Positions 19,653 through 32,015 of a stretch of 64,000 nucleotides of DNA are shown in pieces. Below the pieces are notes generated by a model that did not search any database, had not been told where the DNA came from, and saw only the letters and a list, made by a program, of their open reading frames with translations. The stretch is from an uncultured Chloroflexia bacterium. Lineage in GTDB: Bacteria; Chloroflexota; UBA6077; JACCZL01. The position numbers and the translations under genes are program-made. Positions within the stretch are counted from its first letter, which is position 1. The number at the start of each line of letters is the position of its first letter. The stretch spans positions 64,001 to 128,000 of the forward strand of contig CAVXYC010000015.1 in assembly GCA_963765765.1 (NCBI GenBank), in the 5' to 3' direction.

Positions 19653-20696
19653 TCAGATCCTCACTCGTAACTCTTCACTCTTAACTGGTGAAGCAAAAAG
19701 CGGCATTACTTCGGCGGCAAAGCGGCGGATGTTCGCCAGTGCCATGTCTTGCGGCATGCCACCAAAATGAAACGAGCAAGAAGCGACTGTCATGCCCAGC
19801 TCAGCGCCGTGTTTCTGGATCAGCTCGGCCACCCGCTCTGGGCTCCCGGCAATGACCCGGCCCTCGCGGATCTGATCCGCGGCGCCGCGCGTGGGCATCT
19901 GGGCCCGGCTGTGCTGCGCTGCCACTCGCCAGTAATGGTCCAGGTAGGGGCCGCATTCGCGCACGGCCTCGGCTTCCGAGTCGGCAACGTACACGTACAC
20001 GCGGCCCAGGACCTCCCGTGATGACTGTTCGATCCCCGCCTGCTCCAGTCCTGCTCGATATGTGTTGATGGCGTGGCGAAGCACGTCGGGAGCGTACATG
20101 TATGGCAAAACCAGCAAATGACAGCCTTGCTCCCCAGCCCAGCGGTACGTATCGTCGCTACGGTTCGCCGCTACCCAGAATGGGGGGTGAGAGCGCTGCA
20201 CGGGGCGGGGCAGGACGCGGATGTTCTCGTACTGGTAGTGCTGCCCTTTGAACTTACGCTGCCGGCTGACCACGCCTGACGGATGACCTCTGCGCTTTCC
20301 CTGAACCGAGCAGGACTCTCCAAGTAGTCGATTCCAAACTGCTGCTGCTCGAGCTCGCTGTTGCCCCGGCCCAAGCCCGAAATCCAGGCGGCCACGAGAG
20401 ATGACGTCCACCATGGCATACGACTCTGCGATCTTCAGCGGATGATGCAGTGGCAGCACTGAAATGGCCACACCGAGCCGAAGACGCTTTGTATGGGCAG
20501 CCGCTGCCGCTAGAAACATGGCTGGGTCCGGGATCGTGCCGCCGTACTCGTGGAAGTGATGCTCGGTGACCCAGGCCTGGTGAAACCCTAGCTCGTCCAG
20601 CAGCGCGAATTGCTCGAACAGGTGCTCGTAGAACGCTGGCTCCGGACCGTCAAGCTCGGGGATGTAGGTGGGCAGGTAGTGCGCTGAGAACTTCAT
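19653..20696 (-). CDS. LLM-class flavin monooxygenase (LuxA-like; compensating frameshifts ~20270-20370)
   Basis: W.TEHHF..YGG..PDP, GRLDFG.G(RG), PRPVQ..HPP.W. Confidence 0.88.
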   Translation of the reverse strand: MKFSAHYLPTYIPELDGPEPAFYEHLFEQFALLDELGFHQAWVTEHHFHEYGGTIPDPAMFLAAAAAHTKRLRLGVAISVLPLHHPLKIAESYAMVDVISRGRLDFGLGPGQQRARAAAVWNRLLGESCSVQGKRRGHPSGVVSRQRKFKGQHYQYENIRVLPRPVQRSHPPFWVAANRSDDTYRWAGEQGCHLLVLPYMYAPDVLRHAINTYRAGLEQAGIEQSSREVLGRVYVYVADSEAEAVRECGPYLDHYWRVAAQHSRAQMPTRGAADQIREGRVIAGSPERVAELIQKHGAELGMTVASCSFHFGGMPQDMALANIRRFAAEVMPLFASPVKSEELRVRI

Positions 20697-20837
20697 GGCG
20701 GCGAATCTCCAGGCCTTGCGCTTGGTGAAGCATCATGCCCGCGAACCTTTCGGGCTGCAAGTGCTCGCCGGTGCGGTGTCGATTTGAACGAGGTTGATTC
20801 GACTCACCGGCTAACAATACGCTTGGAGAAGAGAATC

Positions 20838-21741
20838 ATGAAGAACCGATTCCGGATGCTCGGACGCATCCTTCTGACACTTTGCGTTGCTGCCACTGCC
20901 GGAGCGACATCTGCTTCTGCCCAGAGCACGGAAGGACAAACCATGAGTATTCGCCGACCACCACTGGAAGATCTCAGGTCAACGGTGTGGAGCTCTACTA
21001 CGAGATTCATGGCGCGGGCTAACCGCTTGTCATGCTTCACGGTGGTGTCAACCCTGCTGAGATGTTCGGCATGACCCTCTCGGAGATGGCAATGACCCAT
21101 CAGGTGATTGCTATCCACATGCGCGGGCACGGCTTTAGCACGGACATCGATGCTCCCTGGAGCTGTGAAGCCATGGCCGATGATGTGGCCGCGGTGCTTG
21201 GCGAGATCGGTATGCAAGGCTCACGTGATGGGTTACTCACTGGGAGCCGGTGTCGCGCTCCAAACTGCAATCCGTCACCCTGAGCTGGTCAATAAGCTGA
21301 TTGTTATCTCTATAGCGTTCAAGGCGGATGGCGGCGACTACCCTGAGGTCCGCGCCGCCTTCCAGTCTATGCCCGAGAATGCCCCCATGATCGGGCAGGC
21401 GATCGCAGCTTCACCGCTTGCGACCATGTATCCCGAGGTCAATTGGGAAACCATGATGCGCAAGTCAGGCGAAATGAATTTGCCCAGCCGCGATTGGTCA
21501 GCCGATATTCCCAGCATCGGCTCCCCCACGCTGATCATGTTTGCCGACGCCGATTCAATCATGCTCGAGCACATTACAGCGTTCTATAAGCTCCTCGGCG
21601 GCGGCCAGCGCGACGCGGGGATGGATGGCTCCGGTCCGGTCACCCAATCAGCTCGCCATCATTCCCAACCGAACGCACTACGACATCCTGTCCGCCCCGG
21701 CCGTCACGCAATTTGCCACGGCGTTCCTTGCCGCGGAGTAG
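20838..21741 (+). CDS. Alpha/beta hydrolase with putative signal peptide (frameshifted)
   Basis: LHGG, MRGHG, GYSLG nucleophile motif, LLGGGQRD.G.DG, THY. Confidence 0.8.
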
Positions 21742-21817
21742 GACAGAAAGCGAGCTAACACACACCTCTAGCGTGGCGCGACGTGGAGCACTGACTTGCG
21801 GACGGATGCTGGAAGGA

Positions 21818-23100
21818 CTAAGCGGTGGATACCCGGGACGGCCGCCTGGGCTTCCCGACGACGATGTGAATCACCAGCCCCAGGAGCACGAATCCGGAGG
21901 TGATCAGGTACAGCAGCGTGAAATTGCCAGTGTTGTCCAGGAGTACAGCCAGGAGGAGCGGGACTGATGCCGCGGTGATGCCCTGCATGATGGAGCCAGT
22001 TCCCAGGATCGTGCCGAGGGCAGTGCGGCCAAAATACTCCGGCCACACCTGGAGCTGGAGCACCAGGTTGCCGCCGAGCGCTGTGCCCAGGATGGCCGCG
22101 GACACAAGCGCCCAGATCTCTCCCTGAGCAAAAGCCAGGGACATTGTGCCGCAGAACATGATGCTGCCCCAGACCACCAGGAGCCAGCGCACACTCTGGA
22201 GCCTCGCACTGACAGGAGCCCAAAGAAGAGGCGCGAGAGCACCTGCATCCCGCTCACCGCGCTGACTGCGAGTGCAGCGGTGGTTGCGGAAATACCGAGG
22301 TTCCCGAAGTACGAGAACATGAAGATAATCGAGACATTGGGACCGAGGAGCACCAGTGCCATACCCGCGGCGACCAGCCAGAAGGCTGGACTGCGAGTTG
22401 CCTCGCTGGCAGTCCAATCCTCACTTCGCGCAGCTTGAACCGCGGCCGACCTTCCGCCAGATGTTTCGGTGGCCGCGACAATCCTGGCTCCATCAGGCTG
22501 TAATCCCAGCTCATCAGGCTTCTGCCGACGGATGAGGAGCGCGGGCAGGAGACCGAAAATGAGTCCCTGTAGACCCATGGCGATCCAGCCGGCTCGCCAA
22601 CCAAGGGTTGCAACTATCACCGTAATCACGGGTGGGAGCAGAAAGTTCGAGCAAGGCGGCCCCATGGCCGCGATGCCATAGGCCGCGGAGCGCCGCTTGA
22701 TGAACCAGTTGCTGATCATGGTGCCCGGCACAACGCTCTGCAACCCTGAGCGTGCGACGCCTGTCAGGAAACCGAAAGTAAGGTAAAGCTGCCATGGCTC
22801 ATGCACGAGGCCAGCCCCAGCCATACCGACGAACATCACAAGCAGCGAGCAAATCAGAATGACGCGCGGTCCCCTGCGGTCCGCGACTCGACCAAGAACC
22901 GGCCCGGCCAGTGCCGAGGTGATCGACGTGATGCTCGAAGCGATGACGATGGTGCTCTGCGACCAGCCTAGCTCGCCGCTCATGGCGGGAAGAAATATTC
23001 CGAAGACGAACCCGCCCGTTCCAGCGCCGATGAATAGGCTGATAAACGCCATACAGACGATGTACCAACCGTAATATGGCTTTCGAAGGCGGGTGAGCAC
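21818..23100 (-). CDS. MFS transporter (frameshift near 22220)
   Basis: GTG start after GGAGG; PYYGWY, GRVADRRGPR, NWFIKRR, EYFGR.ALG. Confidence 0.88.
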
Positions 23101-23238
23101 GATCCTCCAGAGTAGGTGGCAGGGAAGTGAGGGCAGCGTGGGCCGGAGCAATCATGATATCCCGGCAACTCCAGACCGGGGAGTCTATCAGCCGCTCTGG
23201 TAAGCGTTCAGAGTTGCGGGGACGATCCACGCACGATT

Positions 23239-23368
23239 GTCGTAGCACGGGGCTTGTCCTGGCTTGTCCCCTGTGCCTGGATATCGGGGCTGCGGATTTC
23301 GCGGTGTAGGGTCCCGAGCCTGGTGGCTGCCCCCGCTCCAGGACAGGACACAAGCCCCGCGCTACGAC
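23239..23368. repeat. GTAG-type REP-like inverted doublet at island edge
   Basis: GTCGTAGCACGGGGCTTGT / ACAAGCCCCGCGCTACGAC (18/19). Confidence 0.75.
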
Positions 23369-23494
23369 GAGCATAGCCGCGCTCTCCCTATTTCTGAACA
23401 GTTACGTACTCTGGAGCCGAGTCTGCATTTGAGAAAATCGGAGTAAGGACCAGCCGCTCTACCGGGAACATGCAGACCCCGCACGACCCTTTAC

Positions 23495-23530
23495 ATACCT
23501 AACACTGCCATGTATAGTGCTCCTATGTAT
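23495..23530. promoter_or_regulatory. Putative PadR autoregulatory operator (two overlapping 21-bp imperfect palindromes)
   Basis: ATACCTAACACTGCCATGTAT and ATGTATAGTGCTCCTATGTAT directly upstream of the PadR gene. Confidence 0.5.
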
Positions 23531-23567
23531 ATTCCGATTCGAATAGACCCGCGGAACGTTTGAAACC

Positions 23568-23954
23568 ATGGAGATCAACAAGGACCTGATGGCTGCTTCC
23601 TCTTCCCCAATCGTCCTCGCGATCCTGGCTGAAGAGGACAGCTACGGCTACGCCATCCTCCAGCGCGTTCGGGAGTTGTCCGGGGAGCGCATGGAGTGGA
23701 CAGACGGGATGCTTTACCCGGTTCTTCATCGACTCGAGCGGCTCGGCCACGTTGAGGCCCGGTGGGAAGTTGCGGAGAGCGGCCGCCGTCGCAAGTACTA
23801 CCGGATCACGTCCAGGGGCCGGGCTCAGCTCGCGGAGGAACGCAGGCAGTGGGAAGCGGTGGACGCTACGCTCCGGGGGATCTGGCAGGCGCTCTCCCTT
23901 TCCGTCCCGCCCGGCCACCCGGCGGCAGTCACGCCACTGCCAGGGGGAGCCTGA
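23568..23954 (+). CDS. PadR-family transcriptional regulator
   Basis: SYGYAI, GMLYPVLHRLE, RRRKYY.IT..G. Confidence 0.93.
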   Translation: MEINKDLMAASSSPIVLAILAEEDSYGYAILQRVRELSGERMEWTDGMLYPVLHRLERLGHVEARWEVAESGRRRKYYRITSRGRAQLAEERRQWEAVDATLRGIWQALSLSVPPGHPAAVTPLPGGA

Positions 23955-23957
23955 GCG

Positions 23958-25328
23958 ATGCCGGTTCCAGTTGACGCGGTATCGGTCGAGGAGCAGATCG
24001 AACAATGGCGTAGCTACCTTCGCCGCCGGCAGACGATCCACTCCGTAGATGTAGCGGAGCTGGAAGACCATCTTCGCGAGCAGATAGCGGTCATGGTTGA
24101 CGCGGGGCTCACCTCGGATGAAGCATTCCTGGTGGCAGTGAAGCGCATGGGCAACCTCGACGCCCTTTCACGGGAATTCGCTCACGAGCACTCGGACCGC
24201 CTCTGGAAGCAGCTCGTGATGGCCCCCTCGGTTTCCGGGGAGCCACGAGCGCGGGGCCGCACGGATGCCATCGTTGCCTTCGGTCTCGCGGTGGCGGCGG
24301 CCGTGCTCATCAAGGTGCCGGCGCTCTTTGGGATCTACTTGGACCAGGACGTGGGCTTCTACGCCCGCAATCTGAGTCTCTTCGTGCTGCCCCTCCTGAC
24401 CGGCTATCTCGCCTGGAAACGGCGGCTCGACGCCAGCACGCTCCGCTGGCTGGTCGTGGCGTTTGTCGCGGCGACTGTATTCGCCAACGTCTATCCCTTC
24501 GTCCGGGGCGGCTACACCGAGGCGCTTACGGCGCTGCACCTGCCGATCGCGCTCTGGCTGATAGTGGGCATCGCGTACGCCGGCGGCCGCTGGAGCCAGG
24601 TGGGCGGCCGCATGGACTTCATTCGATTCTCGGGCGAGCTGTTTATCTACTACGTCCTTATCGCCCTCGGCGGCGGCGTCCTTACGGCGTTCACGGCGAT
24701 GATGTTCCAGGCCATCGGAATCGACGTCGAGCCCTTCTTCCAGTCGTGGCTGCTGCCGTGCGGAGCGGTTGGGGCCGTCATGGTTGCCTCCTGGCTGGTG
24801 GAGGCCAAGCAAAGCGTGATCGAGAACATGGCGCCCGTGTTGACGCGCATCTTCACCCCCCTTTTCGCCATCATGCTGGTGACGTTTCTGGGTGCCGTGC
24901 TGTGGACTGGACGGGGAGTCGACATCGAGCGTAACGTGCTCATCGCCTTCGATCTGCTTCTGGTGGTGGTCCTTGGCCTTCTGCTGTATTCCGTCTCAGC
25001 CCGCGATCCTCAATCGCCCCCCGGTGCCTTCGATGTAGTGCAGGTCGTTCTGGTGGTCAGCGCGTTGTTGGCCGACGCGGTAGCGCTGTCGGCCATCGCC
25101 GCGCGCATCACCGAGTTCGGCTTCAGCCCGAACCGCGTGGCCGCCCTGGGTGAGAACATCATTCTCCTGATCAATCTGGCGTGGTCCGCGGTGCTCTACA
25201 TACGCTTCCTGAGAGGACACGAATCGTTCTCGCGCCTCGAGCGGTGGCAGACGGACTACCTGCCGGTCTATGCGGTGTGGGCGGCGATCGTGGTGATCAT
25301 CTTTCCGCCCGTGTTCGGATACATCTGA
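23958..25328 (+). CDS. Permease-prefix-domain (DUF4153-like) membrane protein
   Basis: ELEDHLREQ...DEAFLVAVKRMG N-terminal domain, many TMs, GFSPNRVAALG; typical PadR partner. Confidence 0.85.
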   Translation: MPVPVDAVSVEEQIEQWRSYLRRRQTIHSVDVAELEDHLREQIAVMVDAGLTSDEAFLVAVKRMGNLDALSREFAHEHSDRLWKQLVMAPSVSGEPRARGRTDAIVAFGLAVAAAVLIKVPALFGIYLDQDVGFYARNLSLFVLPLLTGYLAWKRRLDASTLRWLVVAFVAATVFANVYPFVRGGYTEALTALHLPIALWLIVGIAYAGGRWSQVGGRMDFIRFSGELFIYYVLIALGGGVLTAFTAMMFQAIGIDVEPFFQSWLLPCGAVGAVMVASWLVEAKQSVIENMAPVLTRIFTPLFAIMLVTFLGAVLWTGRGVDIERNVLIAFDLLLVVVLGLLLYSVSARDPQSPPGAFDVVQVVLVVSALLADAVALSAIAARITEFGFSPNRVAALGENIILLINLAWSAVLYIRFLRGHESFSRLERWQTDYLPVYAVWAAIVVIIFPPVFGYI

Positions 25329-25488
25329 CAGGGTGGCGCCATACCCGTTCTCCGCACCGGCCCGCGCGGCTAGCACCGCAGCCGCGATGGAGACGGAGAC
25401 TTATTGGTGCACATTTCCCAAGTAGTTCATCAGGAAGGGGCCCTGGCGAGCCCCTTCCATAGATTCCATGTGGAATTCGTCATGCTCA

Positions 25489-26694
<1,206 letters not shown>

Positions 26695-26698
<4 letters not shown>

Positions 26699-27455
26699 GC
26701 CGCGACTCCTTCCTGGTGGGCAATAGTGGTGGGTTCATTGACATCGGTCGGTTCGGCAGGTTGCGTGCTGCCCATGCCGTGCTTCAGGCCGTTGGCGACG
26801 AGCCATACGTTGACCGGGTAGTGCGACGAAGAAGCCGACGATGATGCCGACCGACATGGTCGCCCAGTACAGGAGCTGCGGTGGGCTCCATGGCGCGCAT
26901 GTCGCGGCCCATCATCAGGACCACCATGACCGGGAACATCCCGGCCATCATGGCGTTCATCGACAGCCACTCCGGCAGGAAGGAATCTCGCAGCGGCGCC
27001 GAGGTAGGAGCCGCCCATCATGTCCTTCATGAACAGCGCCTGGAAGATCAGCAGCCCGAAAATGAAGCCCGCCGCGTACTCGGTGGCCAGGTCGATCCAC
27101 ATCGGAAGTCCCAGCAGCGCGGTCACCGTGGCCGCCAGGATGATCCCCGTGGCGTCGCCCGCCACACAGTGGATGGTGGAGCCCACGGCCTGCTTCCAGA
27201 GCGGCCGAATGAACGCGCGTGGGTGCCGGGGCGGGGCTCCTTGTCGGAAAAGACGTACAGGGCCGCGGCGATGGGGCCCATGTACAGGGTGACCAGCACC
27301 CAGCCCCATTTCATCACCGCGAAGTCAGGGTTGCCCCGGACGAAGGTGTCCCAGGCCACGTAGGCTACGGACGCCGCGGTGAGGGCGAACCAGCCCAGGA
27401 GCACCACGTCGATCCAGGCCAGCGGCCCGAGAACGGGAAGAACGAAATCGGTCAT
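26695..27455 (-). CDS. DUF4396 membrane protein (frameshifted)
   Basis: KWGW.LVTLY.GP, WKQAVGSTIHCVAGDATGI, FQALFMKDMMGG, YPVN.WLV.NGLKHGM. Confidence 0.85.
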
Positions 27456-27506
27456 CAGCGCCTCCGAATGTGAACTGCTGCAAGCCGGTGCTTGCTTCAC
27501 ACTCGC

Positions 27507-27534
27507 AGACGCGCCACCTCGTGCCGGTTACACC
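27507..27534 (-). promoter_or_regulatory. ECF-type promoter for the DUF4396-MCO operon
   Basis: Minus strand GGTGTAACC-GGCACGAGGTGGC-GCGTCT; same boxes and 13-nt spacer as 28149-28176. Confidence 0.75.
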
Positions 27535-27564
27535 TGCGCCGACGTCGAATCCAGGCCGACGTTT

Positions 27565-28127
27565 CTAGCTCTTCTGGCAGGTGCAATCCAGGCAGCCGTG
27601 CTCGGCACAGGCACGGCAGGTATCCAGGAGTCGGCTGCGCAGCGCCTGCCGCGCGCGGTGCCGTCGAACTTTAAGATTGTTCGGGGTTATGCCCAGACGC
27701 TGCGCGGTGACCTCTGTCGACTCACCCCGCAGCTCCATCCCGCTGATGAGGTCGGCGTAGTCAGCTTTGAGCGTCGGAACTAGCGCCTCGAAGCAGCCGC
27801 AGAGTACGCGCTCAGCCTCATCATCCGACTCCAGAGCGGGCTCAACGTCACCAAGGGGAGCGAAGTGGCGCCGCTCCACGTCCCGGCGACGGTACGCGTC
27901 GACGATGGCGTTGCGCAGGATCGAATAGAACCAGGAGACGAGGCGGTCCTCGTCGCGCAGCTCCGCGCCGAACGAACGGCGCGGAGGAGCCCGTCCTGGA
28001 GGATGTCTTCGGCCAACTCTGGATCGCTCACCTGCCGCCGGATGTACGCGAGAAATCGCCCCCGGGCTTCGAGGAGCTGGTGCGCGAGGATATCAGACGG
28101 CTCGTGTTCGTGAGCGTGGCTGTGCAC
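27565..28127 (-). CDS. CorE-like (ECF44-type) metal-responsive ECF sigma factor (frameshifted)
   Basis: AEDILQD sigma2, WFYSILRNAIVD.YR, CGC linker motif, VRRHRARQAL sigma4, C-terminal CRACAEHGCLDCTC; GTG start with AGGAGG. Confidence 0.85.
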
Positions 28128-28148
28128 GCTTTTCCTCCTTTTCGGGCG

Positions 28149-28176
28149 GGTGTAACCTAGGCGCAATTGTGCGTCT
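28149..28176 (+). promoter_or_regulatory. ECF-type promoter for the ceramidase-like gene
   Basis: GGTGTAACC-TAGGCGCAATTGT-GCGTCT, about 63 bp before the ATG at 28240. Confidence 0.75.
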
Positions 28177-28239
28177 CTCGGAGTGCGCGGGTCGACCGAG
28201 ACGAGTCGATCCACGCCAGACCATTCGGAGGGTACGACG

Positions 28240-28897
28240 ATGGAAGCCTACATGGATGCCTACTGCGAGCGGACCGCTCCGGGCCTGCTCAAGGAGCCGC
28301 TGAATGCGATCACCAACTCGTCGTTTCTGATCGCCGCTTGGGCGGCCTGGTTCCTGGCCCACCGCTTGGGGCCGCCTGTCGCCGGGTGTACTGACCCTGA
28401 TCTGGCTCGCCGTCGTCCGTCGGCATCGGGAGCTGTCCTTTGGCACACGCTTCCCGACGGCGTGGACGTTGATCCTCGACATCATCCCGATCCTCATCTT
28501 CCTGGTCTGGTTCTTCTGGCTCTACATGCGAAGCGTCGCGGGATGCCGACTCCGTTGGTGATGGCGGCGATCGTCGTGTTCGTCGTGGCATCCGCCCTGG
28601 CCCAGCGATTCGGCGGCGTCCTGCACGGCGCCCTCTACTACACACCTGCGCTCATCTTCCTGCTGGTGCTCGGGGTGTACCACGCTCGGGAGCGGGCAAC
28701 CGGCCCGCTACACGCTGCTCGCGGCGGCCGGTGTGTACTTCCTCGCGCTCGTCTTCCGCACGATGGACCTGGAGGTCTGCTCGGCCTTCCCCATCGGAAC
28801 GCATTTTCTCTGGCACAGCTTGAACGGCCTGGCCGCCTACCTGGCGATGCGCTGCCTTATTCTCAACGTGTCGTCACGAGTTGGAGTCGCGGCGTGA
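28240..28897 (+). CDS. Ceramidase-domain (CREST superfamily) membrane protein (frameshifted)
   Basis: YCER...GL..EPLNAITN, LWHT, LDIIPI, FRTMD..VC..FP.GTHFLWH.LNG. Confidence 0.8.
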
Positions 28898-28943
28898 GCC
28901 CCTTCTGGCGGCGAGACGCGCAGTATCGGAACGGGGCGACTCG

Positions 28944-30007
28944 TCAGGTCCGGCGCTGCTTCGCCGCCAGCATGCCTGTAACGGCCGCCTCGGCCAGCGG
29001 ACGGCGGCCTCCTCCGGCATGGGAGAGACCGAGCTGACATTGATCTCGCAGAGCACGTACGTATCCTCGCCCGACTCGGTCTTCGGGCCCAGCAAGAAAT
29101 CCGCGTCCCAGATCACTGGGAGAGATTCCCGTTCGATTCCGAGAGCGCGCTGCATCTGGAACACCCAGTCGCTTTCAAGCACAGTCTTGAGCTGCTGAAA
29201 CTCCGATTTCTCGGGGCCATAGTAAGTGCGCGGTGATGGATTGGGAACATGGTCTCGCGGGGCGGAGGGCGGGAGCAATGCCGTGACAAACTGGTGCCCG
29301 AACCCAACCACCCGGTCGCAGGACAGGTAGCAGCGAACCATCCCGTCCCCCAGCCGCGATTGGTACGGCTGGTCGACCATGTGGCCAGTATCCGCAAAGT
29401 ATGGGCGGCACACATCGAGGAACTCGCTGAAGAGCATCTGATCCATCCGGCTGCCGCGCGTCCCATGCTGCACACGGACGATCGCCTCATTCCCTATCGA
29501 CGCGTCGTTCACCACCGCTACCTTCCAAACACCGTTCCCGCCGTTTCCTCGGTGCTGCTTCAACACGCGTGCTCCGCTGGAGCGCAGACGGTCGGGGAGC
29601 TGCTGGCGAAGCTGATGCAGGCTCCGGTACACGTGCGTGTCCGTGCCCCAGGGAAGGTGGCGCGTATCATACAGGACATCCTTCGTCCCCATCTTCAGGA
29701 TGACGTCCGGATGGGCGCTCACGAAGACCCCTTGTGACGCGATCTCACGCAACATCGGATCCAGCACTGATCGGTCTCGCCCGTCAGTGATGGGATCAAC
29801 CCATACAAGCACAGCATCCAACATGAGCAACCGCGCGCGGACGGCGTCGGCGGCTTCCTCCGCGAAATGGAGGAGCTCCACTGTCACGGCCTGGGAGACG
29901 AGTGCCTGGTAGACCGCCCGGAACCTCGTCTCGGGAAGTTCAGGCGTGGCGCCGGTGGGGTCGCCGCGTTGGAGGATCCCGATCCGGCCGATGCCTCTAT
30001 CATTCAT
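28944..30007 (-). CDS. Cj0069-family ATP-grasp-like protein
   Basis: VLVWVDP, SAHPDVILKMGTK.VL, RVLKQ.RGNGG.GVWKV, IWDADF, LCEINVSSV; 3' frameshift. Confidence 0.85.
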
Positions 30008-30144
30008 CTTGAGCGCACCTCCACCTTCTGTTCTCTCGCCATTGGCCTGCGGCTGAGCGAATTGACTAACCTGCGCCGGCGTGATGTCGATAGTACATGC
30101 GCAGATACTCGTGCCGTCTTCCTGAGTTCGGTCACTCAAGCCGC

Positions 30145-30385
30145 TTATGAAATTCTGCCGAGCAGCGGCCACAGAACGAGCCCGAGGATTCCCGCCACAG
30201 TAACCAGCATGGGCCCTGTTAGCTTGAACCGGACCGGCAGGCCAAGGCTCACCAGAGCGATCAGAGCCGTGGGCAGGTCCACCAGCGCGCGCTGTCCCAG
30301 GACCACGACTGCGCCCGCGATTGCGCCGGTTGCCGCAGCGGTGGCTCCGTCGACGAGCGCTTTGAGCTGCGGATTCTCACGTAAC
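30145..30385 (-). pseudogene. 3' fragment of chromate transporter ChrA
   Basis: NPQLKALVDGATAAATGAIAGAVVVLG...D.PT.LIA; preceded by an in-frame stop, no 5' part. Confidence 0.7.
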
Positions 30386-30661
30386 TACTGCTGCACTGAG
30401 GTTCCGCGCAATCAACTCCTCCGCCTAGACGATCGGAGCTGGGGCAGAACCCGGGGCACGACCCTCTAATGGTCGGTGTCGACTGACTCCCAGAGCTTCC
30501 GTACTTCCGCCACGATTGTCGAAGCCTGCCGATGCCCCGCTTCCGCCGACGGCCGCATCCGACTCAGGTCCTGGGGATCCGATCCACGTTGCTGTGGCAC
30601 CACTTGTGCTGTTCTATGCACTTCTGCACCCCGGCGCAATGTCGGGCTTGCGAGGTGACCG

Positions 30662-30943
30662 ATGGATTGGACTGCCCTGGATACTCTGGCCGACCGTCTC
30701 CGCTGGCAGCTCCGGTGTCACGCCTTCGACGACGTCGGGGCGATCGCCCTGGACCACGAGCATGCGCTCGCCGCCGAGCTGGCGGCGCGGGTCACGCTGG
30801 CCGACATCGAGTACGAGCGCGCGTCGGCCTGTTTCGCGGGCGCGGAGATGGAGCTCGCGCCGCGCCGCCGCGTGCTCGCCGCCACGGTGTGCCGGCTCCT
30901 GGAATTGGCCCGGGCAGGGCGCACATCAACACCGGTCTGGTGA
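30662..30943 (+). CDS. Small hypothetical protein (3' end possibly disrupted)
   Basis: GAGGTG RBS, high-GC codon usage; no family recognised. Confidence 0.4.
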   Translation: MDWTALDTLADRLRWQLRCHAFDDVGAIALDHEHALAAELAARVTLADIEYERASACFAGAEMELAPRRRVLAATVCRLLELARAGRTSTPVW

Positions 30944-31009
30944 CTCGCCATGACGCAATCCAGCGGTGGCAGCGAGGCGAGGACATCAAAACGCTCGCCA
31001 TGCTCGGCG

Positions 31010-31281
31010 GGACGCTCGGCATTACAGTCAGTGAACGCCATTTTGTCGGGAACCCTGCTATATAGGTCGCGCCTGGTGTCGCGTGCTCCCCCCTGCTCGG
31101 GCTCGTTGGAGCACCTCCACTCGTTGCTGCCGATGTTGCCATACTGTTCGGCGTTATTGATCGGAACTCAGCTTTGACAGCGATCACTCCCGATAGCGCT
31201 ACGGGAGTTTTCTTTGGGCATTGGCTTACTGTCAAGGGATTTAACCCTGAAGCTTTAGACTCATTAGAAACTAAAAAGTAG
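31010..31281 (+). pseudogene. 3' remnant of a DUF4386-family membrane protein
   Basis: VNAILSGTLLYRSRLV / LGLVGAP / WLTVKGFNP in broken frames. Confidence 0.6.
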
Positions 31282-31399
31282 AAGTACCTAAAAGTCCGAT
31301 TGTATGTACCGTAGAAAAATCAACTTAACTCAAATACTTTATTTAGGTATCAATCTAAAATAAATGGAACGTCAGTTCCGGGTCCTGCGCGATGGCCCT

Positions 31400-31518
31400 G
31401 CACGCCGGGTATCGCCGTGTTAGTCTGTACGGCGGACGGAGCCATCGTTCACTGGGTAGACGAGCTCGGATCACGCACTGCCGTGTTCCTGAAGCCATTC
31501 GGACTGGAGGACGCGCTG
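31400..31518 (+). pseudogene. Fragment of a response-regulator receiver domain
   Basis: PGIAVLVCTA...VFLKPFGLEDAL (beta4 Thr and KPF motif). Confidence 0.45.
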
Positions 31519-31522
31519 TCCA

Positions 31523-31902
31523 CATTCCGGGCGCCATGCTCTGAAGGCCGAAGCGCGCAACGCCGGTCAGTAAACCGGTGGCACGTAGAAATGCCAGGGC
31601 TCCTGGACCAGCCCTGCGCCCGCCATCCCCAGAAACATCAACAGCAGCGAGCCGATGAGGATGAGGCGCGAACCTCTGCGATCCGCGCCTCGGCCGAGGG
31701 CGGGACCCACGAATGCAGACGTGACAGAGGCGATGCTGGAAGCGACAACGATGGTGATCTGCGACCAGCCCAGCTCGGCGCTCATGGCCGGCAGGAAGAT
31801 GCCGAAGACGTATCCAGCAGTTCCCTGGCCCACGAACAAGCTGATGAACGCCATGCCCACGACGTACCAGCCGTAGTATGGCTTTCGAAAGCGGATGAGC
31901 AG
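31523..31902 (-). pseudogene. Truncated second copy of the 5' third of the MFS gene at 21818-23100
   Basis: RKPYYGWY..MAFISLF.G.GT.G.VFGIFLPAMS.ELGWSQ; start mutated to CTG; stops after GLQSMAPGM. Confidence 0.85.
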
Positions 31903-32015
31903 GGTCCTCCGTGGTCACGTTGCGAGAGCAGCGCGGGCTGGAGAGAGTCATAATATCTTTCCTGCACGGGGAGCCGTGGAGCGCACCCAGAGTCAGCGGG
32001 GAAGGAGCGCGCGTA

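Noticed and set aside
28420-28450. Apparent loss of the CREST SxxxH serine
   Set aside because: An indel lies at this spot; removing one base restores GSVLWH.
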